Shown in pieces: positions 1 to 62,811 of a DNA stretch of 64,000 nt. How positions within the stretch are numbered: position 1 is the stretch's first letter; every line of letters starts with the position of its first letter. The notes below the pieces were generated by a model. The model saw only the letters and a list, made by a program, of their open reading frames with translations. It ran no database searches and had not been told where the DNA came from. This DNA is from the human T2T-CHM13v2.0 reference genome, Homo sapiens. The translations under genes and the position numbers were made by a program. Where the stretch lies: the NCBI RefSeq assembly GCF_009914755.1, contig NC_060943.1. One strand, given 5' to 3'.

Positions 1-358
1 AGTGCCCGTCTAGAGAGAATATATTTCTGAGCATATTAATTTGAAATTCACGGCATCTTTTGTAGAAGTACAGACTAGTATATGACAAACAATAAACACA
101 AATAAAAATTTAAGACTGCAATAGAATTAGAAAAGTATTCTAAAAATAAATTCTGATCAATTATTTTTTTTCCACCAGAATAGTTGTGATGAAATGGTTG
201 TGGCAGTGTGATCTTAAGTAACCAACACTCTCATCATTCTTGGGCTATGGACATTAGACTTTGATGCCTTTTTTCTTTATAAAAATATTTTCTTTTCATA
301 AGTCAGGAATTTAACCTGATCTGCACACCCACTCATTTTCAAAAATAGTTTATTCTAA

Positions 359-1745
<1,387 letters not shown>

Positions 1746-3203
1746 ACTTTTTGACTTTTTAATAAGAGCCATTCTAACTGGCGTGAGATGGTATCACATT
1801 GCCATTTTGATTTGTATCTCTATTGATTTGGGATGTTGAACAATTTTTTGCATGTTTATTGGCTGCTTTTATGTCTTCCTTTGAGAAGTGTCTATTCATA
1901 TCATTTGCATTTTTCTTATTAAATTCCTGATAGATTCTATATATTAACGCTTTGTTGCATGCAGTTTGCAAATATTTTATACTGTAGGTTGTTTTTTTAC
2001 TTTGTCAATAGTTTCTTTTACAGTGCAGCTCTGCAGTTGAATTAGGTGCTAATTTTTATTTTTGTTGTATTCACTTCTAAGGTGTTAGTTATAAATGCTT
2101 TCTGGAGGCCAGTGTCTAGAAGAGTACTTTCTAAGTGCTCTAGGATTTTTATAGCTTGAAGTTTCACTGTTAAGTCTTTAATCTATCTTGAGTTATTTGG
2201 TTTTTTATATATAGTGAGAGGTAGGGGTCTAGTTTTCTTCTTCTGCATAAGACTAACCAATTTTCCCAGTGCCATTTATTGCACTGGGAGTTATTTTCTC
2301 TTTGTTAATTTCTGTTGACTTTGTCAAAAATAAGTTGCTTGTAGAAGTGTAGCTTTGTTTCAGGGCTCTCTCTTCTGTTCAATTGGTCATTATGTATACT
2401 TTTGTACCAGAACCATGTTATATTGGCTACTGTAGCTTATAGTATAGTTTAAAGTCAGGTAATATGAGGCATCCAAGTTGATTCACTTTCACATTGCCTT
2501 GGGTTTTTGGCTTTTTAATTTCTTATATGAATTTTAGAAGATTTTATTTGAATTCTATGAAAAATGGCATTGATAGTTTGATAGAAACAGCACTTAATCT
2601 GTAGGTTGCTTCAAACAGCATGGACATTTAATTATATTGATTCTTCCAATCCATTAGCATAAAATGCTTTTTTATTTATTTGTGTTTAATTTTCTTCAGC
2701 ACTGTTTTGTAATTTTCTTTGTAGAGATATTTTATCTACTTGATTTAATGTATTCTTAGGTATATTATTTGTTTGTGGCTATTGTAAACAGAACTGTGTT
2801 CTTGATTTTGTCCTCAGCTTGAATGTTATTGGTGTACAGAAATGCTACTCATATGTGTATGTTGGTTTTGTATGGTCAGACTTTGCTGAAGTCATTTTTT
2901 AGTCTTAGGGGTGTTTTAGTGAAATCTATAAAGTTTTCCAGGTAGAGAATTATTTCACCTGTGAAGATAATTTGACTTCCTTTTTTTTCCTATTTGGATG
3001 ACTTTTATTTCTTGATCTTGTTGAATTGCTCTGGCTAGGACTTTTAGAACTATGTTGAATAGGAGTATTTAGGGTGCATATTTTTTTCTTATTTTTATTC
3101 TTATGGAGAATGCATCCAGATTTTGCCCATTCAGTATGATTTTGGCTGAAGATTTGTCATAGATGACTCTTATTATTTGGAGGTATGTTTCTTCTATGCC
3201 TAG

Positions 3204-5065
<1,862 letters not shown>

Positions 5066-5680
5066 TAAGTTAGGGAGGAATCACACCTTGATTTTTTTGA
5101 ATACATTCAGTAGGATTAGTACCAGCTCATCTTTTTGCAATATATGTTGTAAAACTCAGCTGAGAATTCATCTGATTTAGGGCTATTTCGGTTGATAAGT
5201 TTTTTATTACTAATTCAATTTTATTATACATTTTAGACATTTCTGTTTTGTTCAAGATTTTTGTTTCTTTCTGGTTAAATCTTGGGTCATGTGAATCCAG
5301 TAGTTTATTTATTTTCTCTGAAGTTTCTAGTTTGCAAGCGTAGAGGTGTTCATAGATGTATCTGAGGATGTTTGTATTTCTGTGGTATTAATTGTGGTTT
5401 TACAACTGTAACGTTTAAATTGATGCTGGATAAAAGTTCTAGAAAAGTCACAGTCCCTCACAATAAATCTCTGAAAAGCATAAGTATAAAAAAATGCACT
5501 GCAAGCCAATAAATGCCACATATAACTTAAAAAAATTCACAGCTAATAACATACTATATGAGGTAATGTTGTAAGCTTTTACTCTAAGAGCTAGAATAAT
5601 ACAAAAATGCCCACTTTCTCCAGTCTTACTAAACATAGTACTAAATGTCCAAGACAAACAAATTAGAGAATAAATCAAAG

Positions 5681-6040
5681 TGTATTATTCTGTTCTCTTG
5701 CAGCTAATAAAAACATACGCCAAACTGGAAAATTTATAAAGGAAAGAGGTTTAAAGAACTCACAATTCAACATGGTTGGGGATGGCCTCACAATCATTAT
5801 GGAAGGTGAAGGAGGAGAAAAGTCATGTCTTACATGGTGATAATGGAGAGCATGTGCAAGTAAATTGCCCTTTATAAGACCATCAGATCTCATGAGGCTT
5901 ATTCACTATCATGAGAATAGCATGGGAAAACCCACTGCCATGATTCAATTACCTTCCACTGGGTCTTTTCTATGACCTGTGGGGAGTATGGGAGCTACAA
6001 TTCAAGATGAGATTTGGGTGGAGACACAGCCAAATACCAT
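5681..6040 (-). mobile_element. THE1/MST-family MaLR LTR
   Basis: GAGATTTGGGTGGAGACACAGCCAAA and TGTATT termini; CCATCAGATCTCATGAG..TATTCACTATCATGAGAA core. Confidence 0.85.
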
Positions 6041-6816
6041 AAAGGCATCCAGATGGAAAAGAAAAAGTGAAATTATTCCTGTTTGCAGATGACATAATTT
6101 TAGGTATAGAAAAGCCTAAGAATTTACTAAGAACTACTAGAACTAATAAATTTGTTAAACTTGCAGAATAAAAAAATCAATGTACAAAAGTCAATAGCAG
6201 TTTTATACACTAACAATTATCTCAAATTGAAATGAAAAAAGAAATTCCATCTACAATAGCTGTAGTAACTATACTTTGAAATAAATTTAGCCAAAAAGTT
6301 TCAACACCTTACAATCTAAAAAACATTTAAGTAAAAAACTAAGTAATACACAAATAAAAATACATTACTCATTCATGAATTGGCATATATATATACATGT
6401 ATATATATGTGTGTGTATATATGTGTGTGTATGTGTGTGTGTATCTATATATAGATGTATTTGAGATGGTGTAGCGCTCTGTCACCCAGGCTGGAGTGCA
6501 ATGGCATGATCTCGGCTCACTGCAACCTCTGCCTCCTGGGTTCGAGATTCTCCTGCATCAGCCTCCTGAATAGCTGGGATTACAAGTGTGCACCACCACG
6601 CCTGGCTAACTTTTGTAATTTTAGTAGCGATGGGGTTTCACCATATTGGCCAGGCTGGTCTCAAACACCTGACCTCGTGATCTGCCCCCCTCAGCCTCCC
6701 AAAGTGCTCAGATGACAGGCGTGAGCCACCGTGCCCGGCCAGCATTAATATTTTTAAACAGCTGTATTACACAAAATGATCTACAGATATAATGCAACCT
6801 CTATCAAAATGCCAGT

Positions 6817-7325
6817 TGTTGGGAGCAAGCCCCCCAAAGTCTAGCCATAAACTGGCCCCAAAACTGGCCATAAATAAAATCTCTGCAGCAATGTAACGTG
6901 TCCATAATGGCTGTAACGCCCAAGCTGGAAGGTTGTGGGTTTATGGGAATGAGGGCAAGGAACACCTGGCCTGCCCAGGGTAGAAAACCGCTTAAAGGCA
7001 TTCTTAAGACACAAACAGAAGCCTGAGCCATCTGTCTTAAGGGAGTGTTCCTGCTGCAGTTAACTAGCCCAACCTATTCAATTAATTCGTCCTATCCCTT
7101 CGTTTCCCATAAGAGATACTTTTGGTTAATTTAATATCTATAGAAACAATGCTAATGACTGGTTTGCTGTTAATAAATATGTGGGTAAATCTCTGTTCAG
7201 GGCTCTCAGCTCTGAAGGCTGGGAGACCCGATTCCTCACTTCACACCTCTGTATTTGTGTGTGTGTGTCTTTAATTCCTCTAGCGCCACTGGGTTAGGGT
7301 CTCCCCAACCGAGCTGGTCTCAGAA
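6817..7325 (+). mobile_element. MER9 (HERV-K HML-3) solo LTR inserted into L1
   Basis: Starts TGTTGGGAGCAAGCCCCCC and ends GGGTTAGGGTCTCCCC..GAGCTGGTCTC; perfect 6-bp TSD GCCAGT (6811-6816 and 7326-7331); 509 bp. Confidence 0.85.
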
Positions 7326-8608
7326 GCCAGTGAAATACTTAATATAAATTTTGTAAAATATATGTAAAATTCATATGGTACCACAAAAGACCCAGAATAG
7401 CCAAAGGAATAAAAAAGTAAAAAAGGCTGAAAGTATCACCCTACCTGACTTTGCAACATACTGAAAAACTATAGTAACCAAAACAGTGTGGTACTTCAAT
7501 AAAACTGGATACATAGGGCAATGTAGCTGAGGAGTGTGGAAATATATCCATGTATTTACAGCTAATTGATATTAGATATAGGTGACATTTTCTTAGAGAA
7601 AGGACAGTATCTTCAATAAATGGTATTGAGAAAACTTTCTTTTTTCCTTTCCTTTTTTTTTTTTTTCTTGAGAGGGAGTTTTGCTCTTGTTGCCCAGGCT
7701 GGAGTCAATGGCACGCTCTCAGTTCACTGCAACCTCCGCCTCCACATTGTTTAAGCTTGCCTCAGCCTCCCGAGTAGCTGGGATTACAGGCATGCACCAC
7801 CATGCCCGACTAATTTTTGTATTATTAGTAGAGATGGGATTTCTCCATGTTGATCAGGCTGGTCTCAAACTTCCAACCTCAGGTGATTTGCCTGCCTCAG
7901 CCTCCCAGTGTTGGGATTACAGATGTGAGCCAACGCGTCCACTGAGAAAACTTTCTAGCCACATGCAGAGCAATAAAATGAGACCCTCATCTGATACCAT
8001 ATATAAAAATTAACTCAAAATAAATTAGATATTACAACGTAAGGTCTGACACTCTGAAACCACTACAAAAAAAAACAGAGTGAAAGACCCATAACATTAG
8101 TTTGGGCAGTGACTTTTTTGATATAACTTCAAAATCCCAGGGAACCAAAAGAAAAATAGATTAATCAGATTACTTCAAATAAAAAAATTGCTGCAAAGAA
8201 TCTGAGACAATCAACAGGATCAGACAACTAAAAAATGGAAAAAATGTGCAAATCATACATGTGACAATGTGTTAATATCAAAAATATATAAGAATCTCAA
8301 ATTACAATACAAAAAGTACTATTAAAAATGAGCAAAAGGCTTATTTTCAAGAATAGACATACATAGTCAAAAGATATATTTAAAAATGCTCAATATCAAT
8401 TATTATCAGGGAAAGGAAAGCAAAAAAATAAAAAAAGATGAGATATCAACTCACTCCTGTTAGAATGACTCTGATTAAAAAGAAAAAGAAAATGAGTATT
8501 AGTAAAGGTGTGAAGAAAATAGAATGCTTGCACACTGTTGGTTTGAATGTAAATGAGGGCAGCCATTATGAAAAACAAAATAAAGATTTCTTTAAAAATT
8601 TAAAATCA

Positions 8609-8925
<317 letters not shown>

Positions 8926-11391
8926 AAATTTAAAATCAAACTATCATATAATATAGCAATTTCAATAATGGATACATATCTCAAAATAATTAAATCAGAA
9001 TGAAGAAATATTTGCAGAAATAATCTGCAAGAAATATTTGCAGAATGAAGAAATATTTGTAACATTCTTCACAATTGCCAAAATACAGAATTAACACTTC
9101 AACATCTAATGAGTACATAAAGACAACGTGGTATATATACACAATGGAATACTATTCATCTTTAAAATAAAAAAATTTATTATTTTCAATTACATAGATT
9201 AACCAAATTATTTCACTTACATGATTCTAGAAAAATTAATCTAACTGAAGTGGAGAATAAAATGGTGACCACCAGATGCCAACATATTTGGAAAAAAGAG
9301 GGGTTTAGAAAGATGTCAGTCAAATACATAATTACAGTTGAATAGGAGAAATAAGTTCAAAAAAGCTTTTGTACTGCATGGTGCCTATAGTTCATAACAA
9401 TGTATTTGTATTTCTGAAAAATGCTAAAACATTGTCATGTGCTCTTACCACAAAAATGTTAACTATGTTAGGTAAAGCATTAATTACCTAGAATGAAGCA
9501 TTTGACAATGTGTATATACTTCAAAATGTCATGCTTCACAGAATAAATGCACAATTTATATATTACAGACGGTATGAAAGACACTAAAAGGGCAGCTGTT
9601 TCTTATGGTCTCATGACTGGCCACTCTGTGAACACAGTAAACAAGTTTGCACGCAAAATAATAGAAAATGTTTTTATCTAAAAGCTGCCATGATCTTCGA
9701 ATGTTTTCCAGAGAATATGACCAAGAAGTTGGCTAGAGTTAGGTGACTAAATGTAAAAACTGTAGACTGAACTTCACCCACTAAAAAAACATATAAAACT
9801 GAGAAAATTTCTTCAAATTGTAATATGAATATGGAAAAGAAATATTACTCCAGGTTTCAAAATCACAGAGGTCATTTTACTATTTTGCAATGTTTAATGT
9901 TCACACTTACAAACAGAAGATTTTGCATGGAAACGTACATTGTGGCATAAGTATACTGTAGAAAATTAAATTAAAAGTTTAATTTCTAAGATATATTTTC
10001 AAGCAAATTTTATATTTGCCACACTTTGTGTAAGAATTTAATAAGATTATTCTTTAACAAACAGAGAAAAACAACGCTAAATGATTTAATCCTTTCATCT
10101 GTGGACACTGTATGCTTTTTGTTTTAATTTAACTGATCAGAAAATTATATTGATATGCAAAATCTCCAGTTAAAACCAATCTTGCAGTGCATTTAAAATA
10201 CCGATTTCTCATCAAAACCTACAATATACCATGTGAAATGACATGGTGTGAAGAGAACAGTGAGAAAACTGTAGCCACAGCACAGCAAAAAGGAGGGCTG
10301 TGATGCATACACAGCTGAAATACACATAATAAGACAAACAAAACTAAGACAATTAGGAAATAAAAGAAGCACAATTTTTTAATTCAGCAAAACTGAGCTT
10401 TGCAGCCTGAAAATAAATGTCCTCTCCACATAAAAAATCAATGTTATTTCTCACAATTGATATGTTCCATCTCTGTCTTGAAGTTACAAACTAACTCCAA
10501 CAGGAATATTTATGGCTTATTATAAAGCATCTGTGACACAGAAAGCACTGTCATGTTTGTTTGCTATATTTATATATAAAAACATCCTCATGATTTAGGA
10601 AGCCCCCCTAGTACTCACCTAAACAAATGGGCTCAATCAATATTTACTTATTTTCATTATAAAAACTGAAAGGAACAAAAACTAAAAAAAGTAGGCTTAT
10701 ACAGCGTTCTCCAATTAAAAGAACAAAATAAAATATTCTAACAACATAAAATATAACAATACACTAATTTTGAAATTAAATCTAAATTTTTTGCACTAAT
10801 TTTATAAAAATTATTTTTATAATCTCTGACCAGCTCACATAGCATCTTATATAAAATAAGAGAAAAAAATGTAAGACACAAGAAAATTATGGGTCTAGCC
10901 TAAGAATCAGGCAAGTAAAAACAAAAATTTGCATAGGGAGATTCTGAATTATAAGCCATACAATTTTACAGTAATCAATTCAATACAAAGCAGAGAGTAT
11001 GGATTTGTTTTCAGCATTTTTAAGTTTTTTTAGTTTTGCAGTCATCATCTAATTAAAATAATTTGATTTGTTTCAATATTGCTCTTCTGAAACTAGGTAG
11101 AAACTCATACTCGCAAAGAAGGCATTTATTTACTCCATAATTTTTTTAAACCCAAGCTTTATCTTTAAAGTAATATATGTATATATTTAACTCTGTGTAA
11201 ATCAAAACTAATAGTCTGTATGTGCTTGCAGGCAGAGAGGCAACATGTTTTAAGAAAAATATATAACAATTTTTTAATGTTAATTCAGGTCTCAGAAATG
11301 TATGCATTTTGTTTATATTGTTTTCTTATGACCATAAAAGAGACCCTGTAGCCAACAACAATTTAATGTACATTTGAAAACAACTAAAAGT

Positions 11392-12524
<1,133 letters not shown>

Positions 12525-12899
12525 TTATCTGAACTCCTACCTCATGCATCAGTCAATATTATAAATTAACCAGAAAGAGCCTCTCCACTTACATTTTCAT
12601 CTTGCATCTTACATTTTAATGTCCTTAACTCTTTCACTAAAAAAGGTCGTAAATAATGCACACCTAATAACAAAGAATCTCTCATCTTTGATGCAGCAAC
12701 AATTAGTCACATGCTTTCACATGTGAATACAATAGGAATGAAGAGCATAACTTGAGTTAAATGACATTATTCACTTTTCATAAAACCTAATTTTTTTCAA
12801 AGGATAGTTTGAATGTAATTACAACTCTGCAAAAATTTTCTACTTCTTATAATGTTATATACAAATAATTCATTTACCAACTTTAGTTTTAGATTCTTT

Positions 12900-13572
12900 T
12901 CTATACTCAGCAATCTGATTTAGTGTAATGCCTGAAGTGTCAGTGCCTTAACTATTTCTACTGTGAATTATCTGATATTTACATAGAATTTTGGATTAAA
13001 TATTTTTTCATATTTACTGCATCTGCAAAAATAGATTTTAGTATGAACCCTCTAGTGTTTTCTAAGCTGTCGTTTTTGAAAAAATGTTTTCCCAAATTTA
13101 TTACATTTGCAGGGTTTTTCTCCAATATAAATTTCCTTATGTTGCACAAAGTTTAAGCAACTGCTCCATGGTTTTCCTCTAGCACAAAATGTGTACAATG
13201 AGATCTGTGATACAAGTAAAGGTACTACAACCCTCCTTATGTTCATAATGTGTGTCTTCAAAATGAATACTCTTCACTTTAGAGGCTTATATTTTCTGAA
13301 AGATTTTTGACAGTAATTGCATGTATAATGCTTTTATTAAGTATGAAATCTCTGATGTTGAGTAAGATGTGAACAGATATTAATGGCTTTTTCACATTCT
13401 GTATATTTGAAATTTTTTTCTAGTACAAATGCTTTCCTGTGCAATAAGGTGTGAGCATTGGTTAAAAGTTTTGCCACATTCTTCACACTTATAGGTTTTT
13501 TTTTAGTATGAATTATCTTATGCACAATCAAGTGTGACAACTTTTAAAGGTTTTGTTACATTCTTCACATTT
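12900..13572 (-). pseudogene. Decayed zinc-finger units in the ZNF681 3' UTR
   Basis: Fragments such as HLIVHKIIHT, CEKAINICSHLTQHQRFHT and IGEKPCKCNKFGK occur in shifting frames after the stop codon. Confidence 0.75.
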
Positions 13573-29161
<15,589 letters not shown>

Positions 29162-29164
<3 letters not shown>

Positions 29165-29310
29165 TTCTAGGTTTCCGGGGGACCTGGCGTCTTAGCTATG
29201 GATCGCCAATACCTGCAGGTCAGAGGGCCATAGAGGCTGGGCCTCTAGAAGAAGAGGACACAGAGCAGTGAAGACGAGACCCGGAGCTCGGGCTGAAGGG
29301 AGAGACAAAG
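29162..29310 (-). other. ZNF681: ZNF681 exon 1 (5' UTR plus ATG only); TSS approximate
   Basis: Minus strand reads ...CCTAGAAATG|GTGAGAATG, the ZNF91-family ATG-at-donor exon, with a typical 5' UTR (TCTTCACTGCTCTGTGTCCTC). Confidence 0.88.
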
Positions 29311-29931
29311 GCCCCGCCAATCCCGGAAGCCGCCCTGTCTGCTCCAGCTGCATGCCTGATTGGACAGTTCCCAGCCCAGCGTCCCTGACTGGATAATGAT
29401 TAAAACCCCACCCCTCAGGTCCTGAGTGACAGAAGATGTGATCAGATGCTCTGCTGAATGAAGACTAACAACGTAAGTTGCAGCGTTTTCAGACAGGGAT
29501 CCCTCCCTGAGCTAAGCCAGGCCCACCCAACAGGGTATTTGCCTTTAACTTTCTGTGTAAGGTCACATGCATTTCAAATAATATACTAGATAGCTATTCA
29601 AAAATAAAAATATATATAATAACAATTATTTTAATATTTCATCTTTTATGACCGTCCTGGTTTCTGGCAGCCATAGTCCCTACCCCGACAGCCCCCAGCC
29701 CAGATGGCATTCAAATCTTCCTGGATGGGCTTGATGCCCGTCACTCACCCGCTCTTTAGCACTGCGTTGTGTTGGTTACTCAGGCCTGGGAGAGGTGGTG
29801 GGGATTGTAGATCCAGGGTAGGAGCCACCTTACACCCAGAGTTCACCTGGCCACATGCCAGCAAGGAAGCCCATGAAGCACAGCCCTAGACACTGAGCCT
29901 CGGCACCTCCAGCTGCACTTTCTATTTATAT

Positions 29932-33161
<3,230 letters not shown>

Positions 33162-33319
33162 GTCCAAATGTTCTTTCTTACCCTTAAGTAGCAAATAAGA
33201 TGCATTATACAAGACCCAGGTAAGGAAAAGAGCAAGTGCATTTCATGTCTCAGCTTACTTCTTAATTAGCTGTAATTCCCTGTGCATGTTACCTTACCTT
33301 TACTGTCCGTAAAATGCCC

Positions 33320-33930
33320 TAATGCCGAGCGGGGCGGGTGGTGGTATGGAGAGAATGCTGTTGCTTTATCCAATCAGTGGCGCTGGCGCGGGAACCGCCC
33401 AATCAGGGGCGCAGCCGGAGAGGAGGGCGTGGCTTCCGACATTCCGCGGGGTCTTTACCTCTTGCTCCCGCCAGAGTTTGGGATCGGTCTCTTCTGTTCC
33501 GCGTCCTCCACCTCGGTAGCCCCTGGTGACTCTGTTACAGCCTCTGTTGACCTATGATCTGCAGGGAGACGCACAGCCAGGACATCCTGGAACCTGGGAA
33601 AGGGTGAGTGTGCGGGGTTGGGCAACCCGAGAAGGGAGACCAGGCTGTGAAACCAGCAGAACCGGCCTCTCCACAGTCCGCTCCCAGGTCGCCGACCTGA
33701 GTCCCCGCTGGCGCAGCTCCGTCCCAGGCCCCTCTGGCCGCAAGATGGCGGCTGGGCCCACAGCCGGGACCCCAGCGTCCAGCCCCGTCCGTGCGGGGCC
33801 ATGTCTGGAGCCCCCTGAGCAAGCTCTTCACGCAGCTTCGAGTATTTCCCAGGTTGTTCAGGGATGCCAGGCGGGTCATAAGAGCAGAATCCCGACCCGG
33901 TGTTTGCGTGGGAAGAACTGCAGCCTATGG
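33320..33930 (+). promoter_or_regulatory. KZNF-type CpG-island promoter ('promoter A'), divergent from ZNF681
   Basis: Dense CpG; CCAAT at 33370-33374 and 33399-33403; CTTCCG 33433-33438; YY1 CAAGATGGCGGC 33741-33752. Confidence 0.85.
33440..33603 (+). pseudogene. RPSA2: KZNF-derived first exon with ATG changed to AGG; probably the 5' exon of RPSA2 (RPSAP58) and overlapping ZNF-pseudogene transcripts
   Basis: ...CCTGGAACCTGGGAAAGG|GTGAGTG aligns with the family's ...GAAATG|GTGAG. The gene name comes only from remembered gene order next to ZNF681; no RPSA coding sequence is present in the window. Confidence 0.55.
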
Positions 33931-33954
33931 GGCTCCCAGTGTCTTTTGTTAAAC

Positions 33955-38526
<4,572 letters not shown>

Positions 38527-39017
38527 AATTTCAGTTTTTTAATAACTGTAAATTACATTTCATCAGAAGAGCTTAAAAGATGTTTAAAAAGTCAACGACT
38601 ATGAAAGGTATATTTCAGAAAAATCTAGTGATATGTTTTTTTCTGGTTGTGTAATTTTAAATAGAACCCCAGGGGTTTGCTTTGAGAATGCTACCAGAGA
38701 AGAGAAATAGGAAAAATCTTTTTTCCATTATGGCTATACAAAGTGAATACATTTCCACAAGCAAATATGATAGATTAATTGGTGCATTGTATATATTTCT
38801 CAAACCATCAGCTCCTTTTTTTTCCAAAGTCTAGAATTTGTAATGGTGGATATCTCTGTTCTGTATTCTGTTGTCTAGATATCCAAGTTTAATGCAAAAT
38901 TTTATGACATGGAACTTGACACTTTCTAGAAATGTTCACATATGGTTGTTTATTAAATTATCTCTCATGGAAATATTTAAATGACATGTTTATTGTCTGA
39001 AAAGGACAGATATTTAA

Positions 39018-39599
<582 letters not shown>

Positions 39600-39639
39600 T
39601 GATGGGATTACAGGTGTGAGCCATTGTGCTTGGCCCCCT

Positions 39640-60470
<20,831 letters not shown>

Positions 60471-61054
60471 TTTTTTTTTTTTTTGGAGACAGAGTCTCGC
60501 TCTGTCACCCAGGCTGGACTGCAGTGGCACACTCTCGGCTAACTGCAGTCTCAGTCTCCTGAGTAGCTGGGACTACAGGCATGTACCAGGAAGCCAAACT
60601 ATTTTTTGTATTTTTAGTACAGATGGGGTTTCACTATGTTGTCCAGGCTGGTCTAGAACTCCTGACCTCAGGTGATCTGCTGGCCTCAGGCTCGGAAAGT
60701 GCTGGTATTACAGGCATGAGCCACTGCGCCTGCCCCCCAGCTTCTTTTTTGTATGTATATATTTATTTATTTTTTGAGATGAAGTATTGCTCTGTTGCCC
60801 AGGCTGGAGTGCAGTGGCATGATCTGGGCCCACTGCAACCTCTACCTCCCGGGTTGAAGCAATTCTCTGTCTCAGTCTCCTGAGTAGCTGGGATTACAGG
60901 CGCCCGCCACTGTGCCCGGCTACTTTTTGTATTTTTAGTACAGACGGTGTTTCACCACCTTTGTCAGGCTGGCTTGGCACTTCTGACCTCGTGATCCACC
61001 CGCCTAGGCTTCCCAAAGTGGTGGGATTACAGACGTGAGCCACTGGACCCGGCC
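60471..61054 (-). mobile_element. Two Alus marking the right boundary of the satellite block
   Basis: Alu consensus. Confidence 0.85.
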
Positions 61055-61149
61055 TGATTTTCTCTTGAACAATAATTTTATGTATTGTTAATATACATAA
61101 AATATTTTGGTTCACATTTTGAATACATTGAAAAAGAAAGAAAAAAGAG

Positions 61150-61860
61150 AATTTTCCCATGTTCTGGGGTGGGCCTGGCTCAGTTCAGGGAGGAAGTCCT
61201 CCCTGAAAAGGCTGCAACTTAGGCTGTCTCTCTTGTGTTAGGCTGATCACATCTTGTGTCACTCAGGGCCTTGAGAAGGTGGGGTCTTGAACGATATCCA
61301 GTCAGCAACATTGGACTGGAAACTGTCCAATCACACACACAACTGGGGCAGACAGAGCGACTTCCAGGTTGTAGTTGGGGGGACTGTGTCTCTAGCTGCA
61401 GATGGAGCTCCAGGTCTCGTCTTCACTGCTCTGTGTCCTCTGACTTAGAGTCCCAGCCTGTGTGGCCCTGTGACCTGCAGGTACTGGAGATCCACAGCAA
61501 AGATGCCAGGACCCGCTGAAAGCCTAGAAATGGTGAGATTGCCAGTTCCGACATCTGGAGAGGGGCAAGGGCTGGTTGGAACTGGTGGGAAGCAGCTGTG
61601 GTGGGACTCAGGCCTCCCCGCAGTCAGCTCCACAATCTGCACCCTGAGTTCTCCTTGCCCAGGTTGGCATCTGTCCCCTGCAGCCATAAGATGGCAGCTA
61701 GGCTGACAGCCGGGCCCCCGGGCGTCCTGTCTTCCCAGTGCATTGGCTGTGCCATGTCCTGGAGCCCTCTCTGGGCAGCTCTGCACCAGTAGCGCCACAT
61801 CTCTCCCAGATTGTGCAGGGACCACGGGAGAATCATCAGGGCAGAATCCTGACTCAGGGT
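61150..61860 (+). pseudogene. CpG-decayed ZNF91-family promoter and exon 1 ('promoter B'), encoding MPGPAESLEM (61503-61532) before the donor GT at 61533; downstream exons are not in the window
   Basis: Inverted homology to 28800-29540 (CCTAGAAATG|GTGAG; TCTCGTCTTCACTGCTCTGTGTCCTC); many CpGs converted to TpG/CpA. Confidence 0.75.
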
Positions 61861-62622
61861 TATTAAAAATGTATGGGTGTCACAATGAAAGTATTAAATA
61901 ATTTAATCAAAGGGTGATTCAAAAATTGTAGAGCACCCAGCTATGGTTTTAATTTGTGGTCTGTGGAAGGGGCTTCTCGAACTCCTGACCTCAGGTGATC
62001 CACCCATCTCGGCCCCGTAAGTGCTGGGATTACAGGCATGAGTCACTGCGCCAGCCCTAGTTTCTTAATTTTTACACATCAGGGTGGAAATATCTTGGTT
62101 ATGTAATCAGAGTTTAATTGGCAGTTTATAGTTGGTTAAGCCTGAAGCTTGTTTCCGGCAATGTAGTAATTTACCAAAAAATGCTCTTGAGTTTAGATTA
62201 TTTTTTAGAAGTAGAAATCCGGGGACTAGAGCCACCTCAGTCTAATTGCCTGCCACTTAATTATTTTCACACTCCGATGGTGACGGATTTTTCCCTGAAT
62301 TTTTCACATGTGTGCCAAGCAGGACCTCAAGTCCACCCCTCATCCCATATTCCTCCAGCCTAACTCTGGCTTACAGCAAAATACTAAATTTCCAGTTTCG
62401 TCTGATATTCCCAAATGCCAATTTCCCCTCCCTAATTCACTTTATCAACTATTTGTCCTTGAGTGTACATTTTTATATTATTTTAATCTTTTCTTTTTTT
62501 TTTTTCTTATTGAGATGGAGGGAGACTTGCTCTATCTCTGAGACGAGTGCAGTGGCGTGATCTTGGCTCACTGCAACCTCCACCTTCTGGGTTCAAGCAA
62601 TTATCCTGCCTCAGTCTCCTGA

Positions 62623-62811
<189 letters not shown>

